From NCBI GenBank assembly GCA_963674865.2, contig CAXXYE010000001.1:224001-288000 (forward strand): a stretch of DNA of 64,000 nt, written 5' to 3'. The stretch's first letter is position 1; the number at the start of each line of letters is the position of its first letter. The DNA comes from Candidatus Hydrogenedentota bacterium (GTDB lineage: Bacteria; Hydrogenedentota; Hydrogenedentia; Hydrogenedentales; SLHB01). Of the stretch, positions 56,823 through 64,000 are shown one piece after another. The notes beneath the pieces were generated by a model. It worked only from the letters and a program-made list of their open reading frames with translations. It searched no databases and was not told the origin of the DNA. The position numbers and the translations under genes were made by a program.

Positions 56823-58178
56823 ATGGGTTACGGCATATTGGTCGCGTTGACTTACGCCGCGTGGTTTCCGGTGGTCTTGACGCTTTTCGCGGTGCTTCCC
56901 GCGCGGCGGGCCGTACTCATCGGTGTCCTAGCCGGATGGATGTTCCTGCCTGTCGCGGAATACGTCATCCTATTCCTGCCCGAAATCAACAAGATGGCGG
57001 TCATCTCGTTTTCCGTCCTGCTCGGCATCGCCCTTTTCGATGGCGCGCGGATATTGGCGTTCCGCCCGCGCTGGTTCGACCTTCCCATCGCGATCCTCTG
57101 TCTGGTTCCGGTTACGTCTTCGCTCGCAAATGGGCTGGGGATCTACGACGGTTTGTCCAGTGTCCTCCAATACCTGGTGCACTGGGGGCTTGTCTACTTC
57201 ATTGGACGGCTGTACTTCAGTGATCTTGAGGGCCTACGCGAGCTTACGGTTGCCCTGTTTATCGGCGGATTGATCTACGTGCCGTTGTGTCTCTACGAAG
57301 TACGGATGAGTCCCCAACTTCACCGCATTGTCTACGGCTATCATCAGCACTCCATGGCACAGCACATGCGGTTCGGCGGGTGGCGTCCGAAGGTTTTTAT
57401 GGATCACGGCCTGATGGTCGGCATGTGGATGACCTCCGCCACGCTTTGTGGCTTGTGGCTCTGGTGGACTGGGGCGCGCAGACGGTTCTTGCGCGTCCCG
57501 ATGGGCGTGTGGGTCGGGATGCTGCTCGTTACCACCATCCTGGTGAAAGCAACGGCCGGCATCGTCCTTCTTGCGATAGGCGTGCCGGCCCTGGCTGCGG
57601 TTCGGTACTTCAGGAGCTACGCACCCCTCGCGGCCTTGACGGTGCTGCCCTTCTTCTATGTCGCCATCCGGCTCTGGGGTCTTTGGTCGGGGCAAGGGTT
57701 GGTTGACCTCGTCGAGGACACGCTGGGCCAGGATCGTGCTCAATCGCTCGCCTTCCGGTTCGAGAACGAGGACGCCCTCGCGGAGCGGGCCTTTGAGCGG
57801 CCGCTGTTCGGCTGGGGCGGCTGGGGGCGCGCCAGGGTTCACGATAATGCGGGGAAGGATGTTTCCGTCACCGATAGTCAGTGGATTGTCACCTTCGGCA
57901 AGAACGGGCTGGCTGGGCTTGCAGCTCTCTTTGTAACCATTCTCCTGCCGGCCTGGCTGCTGGGCCGCCGCGTGCCGTCGAAGTTGTGGGCCCACCCAAG
58001 TGTTGCGCCTTGCGTTGTCCTGGCACTGTTGCTGGCGCTGTGGATGGTTGACAACATGGTTAATGCGATGATGAGTCCTGTCTTCTTGCTCATCATTGGG
58101 GGGCTCACTGGTAAGCTCGCGGTTCGGGAATTGGTGGTGAGAAGTCCTCAGGCGGCTCCTCAGACTGCAGCTTCCTAG
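56823..58178 (+). CDS. Wzy/O-antigen ligase-family polymerase
   Basis: Many TM helices; EVRMSPQLH, RPLFGWGGWGR, DSQW. Confidence 0.8.
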   Translation: MGYGILVALTYAAWFPVVLTLFAVLPARRAVLIGVLAGWMFLPVAEYVILFLPEINKMAVISFSVLLGIALFDGARILAFRPRWFDLPIAILCLVPVTSSLANGLGIYDGLSSVLQYLVHWGLVYFIGRLYFSDLEGLRELTVALFIGGLIYVPLCLYEVRMSPQLHRIVYGYHQHSMAQHMRFGGWRPKVFMDHGLMVGMWMTSATLCGLWLWWTGARRRFLRVPMGVWVGMLLVTTILVKATAGIVLLAIGVPALAAVRYFRSYAPLAALTVLPFFYVAIRLWGLWSGQGLVDLVEDTLGQDRAQSLAFRFENEDALAERAFERPLFGWGGWGRARVHDNAGKDVSVTDSQWIVTFGKNGLAGLAALFVTILLPAWLLGRRVPSKLWAHPSVAPCVVLALLLALWMVDNMVNAMMSPVFLLIIGGLTGKLAVRELVVRSPQAAPQTAAS

Positions 58179-58184
58179 CCTAAC

Positions 58185-58838
58185 GTTGGGAGACCCCCCG
58201 GCTGTGCCGGGGAGGCAGCCGAAGTTTGACAGTTCCAGGAGTCCATCGACGAAACTCCTAGGCGTGAGCCGCTCAAGCACACGCAAAGGAGTTCATCGAT
58301 GGACGATTACCAGAGTCTAAGTCACACGAAATGGGAGTGCAAATACCATGTGGTGTTTATCCCGAAAGGCCGGCGGAAGACGCTGTATAAGGCGCTGCGG
58401 GAGCACCTGGGTGAGGTGTTTCGGGAACTTGCGTTGAGAAAGGAGAGCCGGGTTGAGGAAGGTCACCTGATGCCCGACCATGTGCACATGATGCTGACGA
58501 TTCCCCCGAAGTACGCCGTATCGCAGGTGGTGGGCTACGTCAAAGGGAAGAGCGCGATTCACATTGCTCGGGTCTATAGTGAGCGCAAGCGCAACTTCGT
58601 GGGGCAGCACTTCTGGGCACGGGGCTACTTCGTTTCTACCTTGGGCCGAGACGAGGAGGTGATACGGGACTACATCAGGCGGCAGGAGCAGGAAGACCGC
58701 CGCCTGGACCAGATGGATATGCTACGCTGACAGCCACCCGATAAGGGTGGCCCCAACGCGCGAGCGCGCTAGCGCCCAGCGCAGCCGCTTTGAGCGGCTC
58801 ACACGGTAAAGCCCCCGGCTCTGCCGGGGGATACTTAC
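58185..58838 (+). mobile_element. IS200/IS605-family element (tnpA only)
   Basis: Subterminal hairpins CCCCGGC-TGT-GCCGGGG (58196-58212) and CCCCCGGC-TCT-GCCGGGGG (58812-58830); AAAG before the right hairpin and TTAC at 58835-58838; left boundary approximate. Confidence 0.9.
58299..58730 (+). CDS. tnpA: IS200-type Y1 HUH transposase
   Basis: KYHVVFIPK, DHVHM (HUH), KGKSA, FWARGYFVST, catalytic YIRRQ. Confidence 0.96.
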   Translation: MDDYQSLSHTKWECKYHVVFIPKGRRKTLYKALREHLGEVFRELALRKESRVEEGHLMPDHVHMMLTIPPKYAVSQVVGYVKGKSAIHIARVYSERKRNFVGQHFWARGYFVSTLGRDEEVIRDYIRRQEQEDRRLDQMDMLR

Positions 58839-58856
58839 TAGAAGGAGAAGGCGTAC

Positions 58857-59519
58857 TTATGCGTCGGCATTGAAGGCCGCATCTTGCGTAGGCGCTGACT
58901 CCTTCAGTTTCCCGTTGCCGCCACTTGCCTTGATTTGCGCGAAGAGCGCGCCAAGGGGTGCTTCCCGCTTTCCGTCGTCGCGCTCCGTGGAAGGCCCCAG
59001 CAAGCCAAGAAGCCGACAGGCCAATTCCGCCGCCTGCAAACGCACGCTATCGGACTGCCCCCGCAGCATCAGCTCTAGAATGACGCGTCTTGCCGTGTCC
59101 TCGTCAAAATGCCCCTCCGTCTCCGGCCCCGAGGGCGCGGCGCCTTCGCCGCGAGCCGTCTCTCTGGCGCCCATCTCATCCAGGCAGCGGCGGCGTGCCC
59201 GCCGTACTTCTTCATTGCCTGGGAATTCCTCTGCCAGCGTATCGAGAATGGCGAGTGCCTCTGCGTAACGCGCCTGATAGAACAGGTCAACGGCCTCACC
59301 AAACCGGCGCTTGGCGCTCTCGGAACGCCCCGCGAACGGCGTTTCCCAACCGCCTGATTCGCCAGAACCGTCAGGTCCGGGGAGGGCCGTGCGCTCGGCG
59401 TTGGCTGAGCCTACGCGCAGTTTCTGGCCGCATCGTGAGCAGACGCCCACCTTGCCGAAAGCCGCTCGTGGTACCTGCATTCGTTGGCCGCAGGGGCACG
59501 TCATGATCAGTCTACGCAT
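58857..59519 (-). CDS. Zinc-ribbon + TPR-like hypothetical protein
   Basis: MRRLIMTCPCGQ...CSRCG; helical ARYAEALAILDTLAEEFP; start reassigned. Confidence 0.72.
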   Translation of the reverse strand: MRRLIMTCPCGQRMQVPRAAFGKVGVCSRCGQKLRVGSANAERTALPGPDGSGESGGWETPFAGRSESAKRRFGEAVDLFYQARYAEALAILDTLAEEFPGNEEVRRARRRCLDEMGARETARGEGAAPSGPETEGHFDEDTARRVILELMLRGQSDSVRLQAAELACRLLGLLGPSTERDDGKREAPLGALFAQIKASGGNGKLKESAPTQDAAFNADA

Positions 59520-60582
59520 CGTCTTGGCTTCCTCTACCGGACGCGGGCTCCGAGGCGACAAATCGCAAGAAGGCCCCAAGGACGTCGTCGTCATCTTGCC
59601 GCCCATCGGGAGTAACGCCGGGGTTGTGCACGTCGACGAGAGCAAGGGCGTTGGCTGCGTTGTCCTCGTCGCCGGGCTCGTGGCCGCTTTGCCACTGCGG
59701 CGCCGTGGCGCGTTTGCGCTCAAGCCTTGTGACGCGCTCGCGCTCTTCCGCCAGTTCTTCTTCCAGCTCCGGAATGCGCCGCACCGCTTCCTCCGCGGCT
59801 TCGAGTTGTTCCTGTGTCGGCCGCTCGCGCAAGGCTACGGCCTCAGCCTCCAACGCCGCGGCCTGTTGCCGGCTTTCTTCGAGGCACGCTTCCGTTTTCT
59901 CTAGAACTGCCGCGGATTCCTTCAATCTGCTCCGCACCTCGCGCAGTTCCGCCGCGGAGTCCTCCCGTAAAGACTGCACGGATTCCAGGAGCTCCTGGGC
60001 GGCCTTCAACTTACGTCCCAATGCGCGCCGCTGTTCCTTCAGAGATTCCGCGTAGGCCGCGGCTGCGTTGCGCTCACGCGCCAGATGCGCCGATGCCGCC
60101 TTCTCTTGAGCCAATGCCTCTGTCAGGGCGTCGTGCTGCCTGTTGGCGCGCTCCAGCGAGTGAATGCGCTGGCGCAACATCTTGAGTTCGTTGAGATTGG
60201 CTGCGAGCTTTGAGTCCAACGCCATCTGCGGCTTGGAGCTTGCCTGCGCGGCTCGAACATCCTGTAATGACTTCTCATCCGCTGGCGGGAGGGAATTGCT
60301 CACGGCGGTTTGGGTGGGGCGCCGCCCGCCGCGCAAGCGAGCCAGTAGCCGCTTCACCGCTCCCGCCTGCCTTGGGCGGCGCGATGAACTTCGCAGCGCG
60401 AGGGTGCGCACTCGCGGCACGGCCAGTGGGTGAACCGGGTAGGGATACCACGCGTCGAATCCCGCGAAATCGTCCGCCGCCCACGGGGCGGGACGTGATG
60501 GCCCATTCAGAAAATGCAGTCCAAGGAGATCGGCGTCTTCTACATTCTCCACGCCGTCGATCTTTTCTTTCTGCGGATTCAT
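59512..60582 (-). CDS. Coiled-coil hypothetical protein
   Basis: Long E/A/L/R heptad region; start uncertain (60582 or 60750). Confidence 0.65.
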   Translation of the reverse strand: MNPQKEKIDGVENVEDADLLGLHFLNGPSRPAPWAADDFAGFDAWYPYPVHPLAVPRVRTLALRSSSRRPRQAGAVKRLLARLRGGRRPTQTAVSNSLPPADEKSLQDVRAAQASSKPQMALDSKLAANLNELKMLRQRIHSLERANRQHDALTEALAQEKAASAHLARERNAAAAYAESLKEQRRALGRKLKAAQELLESVQSLREDSAAELREVRSRLKESAAVLEKTEACLEESRQQAAALEAEAVALRERPTQEQLEAAEEAVRRIPELEEELAEERERVTRLERKRATAPQWQSGHEPGDEDNAANALALVDVHNPGVTPDGRQDDDDVLGAFLRFVASEPASGRGSQDDA

Positions 60583-60736
60583 TCCGTTGTGTCCTAACAC
60601 GCTTATACCTGCGCCATGCTCGCACGCGCTTCTCGATGCCGCCTGGATGACTGGACACGCGAGCCGGCTTCCGGCTATCAACCATCTTAAGGATCTAACC
60701 CGCCCCGATCCGGGCGTATTCCACGCGGGGTGGCTG

Positions 60737-61720
60737 CTACTTGTATTCAATGAGCTGAGGCCGCGTTCTCAGCATTCTTGCCAGGCGGCAGCGCAAGACG
60801 CCCAGCGCCTGTGGGAGTTTGCCCAGCACGCAAAAGAATGCGTAGGCGGCGCTCTCTCGGTTAGTGAACCGCCGTCGGCGCATGTGCCCGTGGATGCGAA
60901 TCCATTGCACGGCGTAGGCGAGCAGTAGGAGAAGACTGAGCCCGTGCGTAGGCAGTGCGGCCGTGATGACGATCATGGGCAGTACGGCTCCCCAGAGCAT
61001 GATGCTCGCCGTCTCGCGCACGCAGTACCGTTCCGGCGACCTGCCGTGGAGCAAGGCGCCTTCGGCAAAGGCATGTCCCGTGCGCACATTACGGCGCCAC
61101 CACTGGCCGAAGCGAGTCATCGCCGCGTCGTGCCAACCCATGGGCGCATTGATGCGCAGAATCTTCCAGCCACGCGCGCGCATCCGGAAACACAATTCCG
61201 GCTCCTCGCCGGCGATTAGCCCCTCATGAAATCCATTGCACGCACGCACCGCCTCGACCCGCATCAGCGCGTTTCCGCCGCAACTCCGTGTCTCGCCAAC
61301 GGGCGTGTTCCATTCCACATCGCACAGACGGTTGTATACGGACGCTTCGGGAAAGCGTTCCATCAGCCGGCCGGACACAGCAGCGACGTCGCGCCGCGCT
61401 TCGATCTCCTCGAGTCCCGTTCTCAGCCATTGCGGTGCGAGTTCACAATCGCCGTCCACGAATTGCACGAAGGCAGTCTCCGGGGCCTTCTCGAGCAGTT
61501 TCTCAAGGCCGGCATTCCTCGCCCGAGCCGCCGTGAAAGGGGTGGAGAGAGCGAGTTCGGCCACTTCAGCGCCCATGGCACGCGCGGCCGCTTGGCTGCC
61601 GTCCGATGAGCCTGAGTCCACGTAGACGACGTGCTCGACCTGGCCCAACACGGACGCCAAGCACCTACGCAGCCGTGCGCCTTCATTACGTCCTATCGCG
61701 ACTATGCCGATGCCCTTCAC
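60737..61720 (-). CDS. GT2 glycosyltransferase
   Basis: IGRNEG, VDSGSSDGS, ARARN, DGD, GEEPE; GTG start overlapping the upstream stop. Confidence 0.9.
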   Translation of the reverse strand: MKGIGIVAIGRNEGARLRRCLASVLGQVEHVVYVDSGSSDGSQAAARAMGAEVAELALSTPFTAARARNAGLEKLLEKAPETAFVQFVDGDCELAPQWLRTGLEEIEARRDVAAVSGRLMERFPEASVYNRLCDVEWNTPVGETRSCGGNALMRVEAVRACNGFHEGLIAGEEPELCFRMRARGWKILRINAPMGWHDAAMTRFGQWWRRNVRTGHAFAEGALLHGRSPERYCVRETASIMLWGAVLPMIVITAALPTHGLSLLLLLAYAVQWIRIHGHMRRRRFTNRESAAYAFFCVLGKLPQALGVLRCRLARMLRTRPQLIEYK

Positions 61721-62685
61721 TGGGCGACCCCTCCGCGCAGGAATGCGCTGTTGCGGAAGAAATCCCACAGGAACCGGGGAGGGTCCAAGTCCTGTTTCCT
61801 CTGAAGGAGGCGCCGGCAGCGCCACAATGAATAGCCCGCGAGCCATGCCGAGTCCGCGCAGAGGGCGTACAGCAAGCCGTGATTCTTGATGAAATACCGC
61901 CGCCGCGCGTCAAACCAATACCTGGGCCGCCGCCTGGCCTTCATTCGGGTTTCCGAAATGCCCCCGGTGGATTGGCTCACAAGGTGGATGATCCGGCTCT
62001 GAGGCTCATGTCGGCAGCGCCATCCCGCCCGATGCGCCGCGAGGCAGAAGTCGACATCCTCGTAGTATAGAAAATATCCCTCGTCAAGGAGGCCCACATC
62101 GTCTAGGACTTTCCTCCGCACAAGCATGGCTGCGCCCGAGACCCAGTCCGTCTCGCAGGAGGTCGCCGGGATGCCTATCGGCACGGCCCAGCGCTTCAGT
62201 GCCTTTGTGGCCGGGCCGAATCGTAAGCCCGCGTCCAGCTCGCTCAGCACGGAATGGAATCGAAAGGCCGACACCTGCGGTGTTCCGTCAGGGTCTTCGA
62301 GCCGGCTACCGGCAATGCCCGCTTCGGGGTGTGCCTCCAGCGCGTCCACGAGCACACGGAGCGCCCCCGGGCGCACCACAGTGTCCGGATTGAGGAAGAG
62401 CACATAGTCCGGCGCCCGGCCTGCATCGAAGGCCCACCGTAATCCCGCGTTGTTGCCGAAGGCGAATCCCAGGTTCTCTTCGAGGGTCAGGAGCGTCACC
62501 CATGTGGCCCAACCGCGCTCGGCGATGGCGGCCTTGATGCGTGTGCTTGAGCCATCATCCGACCCGCCGTCGACTATAATCGCCTCGAGGCCGGGGGAAG
62601 ACTTTCGCTCAGCCTCCAGTGATGCTACGCAATCGAGCGCCATGCCGGCTGTCCGGTAATTCACGATGATTGCGAGTACTCTCAT
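61717..62685 (-). CDS. GT2 glycosyltransferase (rhamnosyltransferase-like)
   Basis: IVNY, NLGFAFGNN, LNPD, WVSGA, DEGYFLYYEDVD. Confidence 0.9.
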   Translation of the reverse strand: MRVLAIIVNYRTAGMALDCVASLEAERKSSPGLEAIIVDGGSDDGSSTRIKAAIAERGWATWVTLLTLEENLGFAFGNNAGLRWAFDAGRAPDYVLFLNPDTVVRPGALRVLVDALEAHPEAGIAGSRLEDPDGTPQVSAFRFHSVLSELDAGLRFGPATKALKRWAVPIGIPATSCETDWVSGAAMLVRRKVLDDVGLLDEGYFLYYEDVDFCLAAHRAGWRCRHEPQSRIIHLVSQSTGGISETRMKARRRPRYWFDARRRYFIKNHGLLYALCADSAWLAGYSLWRCRRLLQRKQDLDPPRFLWDFFRNSAFLRGGVAQ

Positions 62686-62722
62686 TGCCCCGAACCCTCG
62701 CGCGTGTTTCCCAGAGAAAATC

Positions 62723-63592
62723 CTAGCCTCGCGCCGCGCTCGGGCGCCGCCGCCGGAGCATCGCCTGCGCCAGCAAGAGGAAGAATAGGCTGTCGTCGAC
62801 CAGATACCGTTTCCAGAGGCGGCGGGGCTCTGCACACAGCCGCCAGAGCCATTCCAGCCCGGCCCGCTGCATCCAGCGGGGGGCGCGTTTCACCTGGCCG
62901 GAGACAAAGTCGAGCGAGGCCCCGACGCCCATCATTACAGGCACGCCGCTGGCCTTTGAGAAGCGGCGCATCCAATGCTCCTGCTTCGGGGCGCCCAGCG
63001 CCACGAAGCAGATGTCGGGCTGCGCGGCGCGTAGCATGCGCACTATTCCGAGGCCCCTGTAGATGTCCTTCTCAAAGCCGTATGGTGGGCTGTGGACGCC
63101 TACAATTCGGAGGCCCGGATACGTCTGGCGAAGCCGCTCCGCCGCCTTCGCGGCTACGCCCTCGGCCGCTCCAAGAAGGAATATCGAGTAGCCTCGCCGC
63201 GCGGCGAGTTCACTCACGTGAAAGATCATGTCCGACCCGCTAAGCTTCGCGCGGATACGCTTGCCGAGCAGGCGCCCGGCCCACAGAACCGGCATGCCAT
63301 CGGCCAGGCTCAGAAAGGCCTTGCTGTACACCTCGCGGAAACGTGCGTCGCGCTGCCACCGGCATATGTGGTCCACGTTCGGCGTGACAATGTAGCCCGG
63401 CCGTTCCCACAGTACCCGCTCCTCGATGCGGCGCAACGCCTCGTCGAGGGTTACGTTGTCGATCGGCACGCCCAGTATCTCTATCCGGGCGTGTGCGTCC
63501 GTTGGGCCTTTTCCAACGCCACTCGCCGCCTTAGGTGTGTCGGCTGCATCATCGAGCGGCCCCTTCTCAGCCTTTGTGTCCTTTGCCAGCAT
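62723..63592 (-). CDS. WecB/TagA/CpsF (GT26) glycosyltransferase
   Basis: TPNVDH, DGMP, GSD, LGAPKQE, RAPRWMQ..GLEW..RL..EPRRLWKRY. Confidence 0.93.
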   Translation of the reverse strand: MLAKDTKAEKGPLDDAADTPKAASGVGKGPTDAHARIEILGVPIDNVTLDEALRRIEERVLWERPGYIVTPNVDHICRWQRDARFREVYSKAFLSLADGMPVLWAGRLLGKRIRAKLSGSDMIFHVSELAARRGYSIFLLGAAEGVAAKAAERLRQTYPGLRIVGVHSPPYGFEKDIYRGLGIVRMLRAAQPDICFVALGAPKQEHWMRRFSKASGVPVMMGVGASLDFVSGQVKRAPRWMQRAGLEWLWRLCAEPRRLWKRYLVDDSLFFLLLAQAMLRRRRPSAARG

Positions 63593-63613
63593 GCGTGCCG
63601 CTCCTTCGCCGCG

Positions 63614-64000
63614 CTACTTCCTTGCGGTGTCTTGTAGAATCGGCTCCACTGTATCGGCTACCTCGTCCGGCTCTACATCGAGGACTTGAATCTTGGGCAA
63701 CTCCCGATCGATCGTCCGCCGTCGCTCGCCGGCATGGTAGGTGTTGAACAGCTCAAGGTTCTTCTGCAGGTAGCCGCCCGCGGATGGCCGGATGGCGTTG
63801 ATTACGACGCCGAGAATGTGTGAATCCAGCCGCTCGAGTTCGGCCACGCAGCGGCGCACCATACCAAGCGTTGAGACACCTGCGCCGACTACCAGCAATA
63901 CGCCGTCGACCACCGGCGCCAGTAGCTTGGCGTCTGATAGCAGGAGTGACGGCGGCGCATCGATGATCACGTGGTCGAAAAGCTGTTCCGCCTCTTCGAG
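63614..64000 (-). CDS. CpsD/Wzc-type polysaccharide tyrosine kinase, C-terminal part (begins outside window)
   Basis: FDHVIIDAPP, SDA..L..VDGVLLVV, LGVVIN. Confidence 0.85.
   Translation of the reverse strand, partial: LEEAEQLFDHVIIDAPPSLLLSDAKLLAPVVDGVLLVVGAGVSTLGMVRRCVAELERLDSHILGVVINAIRPSAGGYLQKNLELFNTYHAGERRRTIDRELPKIQVLDVEPDEVADTVEPILQDTARK

Noticed and set aside
58730..58840. tnpB/omegaRNA associated with the IS
   Set aside because: Only about 110 bp between the tnpA stop and the right end; no tnpB or iscB ORF

Overview
GC-rich bacterial chromosomal window, densely coding. The gene content and the repeated STN-like domains suggest Candidatus Hydrogenedentota or a similar diderm lineage (inference only). 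In order: (1) 1-10.2 kb, flagellar basal-body genes (fliG partial, fliF, fliE, flgC, flgB) behind a clear sigma54 promoter, preceded by a TPR protein, a FlgN/FliT-like protein, a PAS histidine kinase and a sigma54 response regulator. (2) 10-22 kb, accessory genes: FG-GAP protein, PilZ protein, DRE-TIM aldolase, a frameshifted exported protein, a degenerate M28 peptidase, an O-antigen-ligase/TPR protein and a sulfatase. (3) 22.6-25.8 kb, a polyphosphate-type cluster: stand-alone Ppx HD domain, two tandem thymidylate-kinase-like proteins (one with an altered P-loop) and CHAD. (4) A self-contained transcription unit with a structured leader, encoding a 44-aa LIM-like zinc-finger microprotein that is absent from the ORF track. 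(5) Housekeeping genes accA, yggU, punA, PIN/TRAM, ispD, ispF, iscU/iscS, recN and pyrG, plus an SPL-like radical SAM protein, a membrane-fused ECF sigma factor bracketed by a duplicated recN promoter/start, and a decayed kdsB. (6) A BlaI/BlaR1-like pair with visible operators and STN-like domains. (7) 45-64 kb, a Wzx/Wzy exopolysaccharide locus with a GH2 hydrolase and an IS200-family element. No rRNA, tRNA or CRISPR array was seen.
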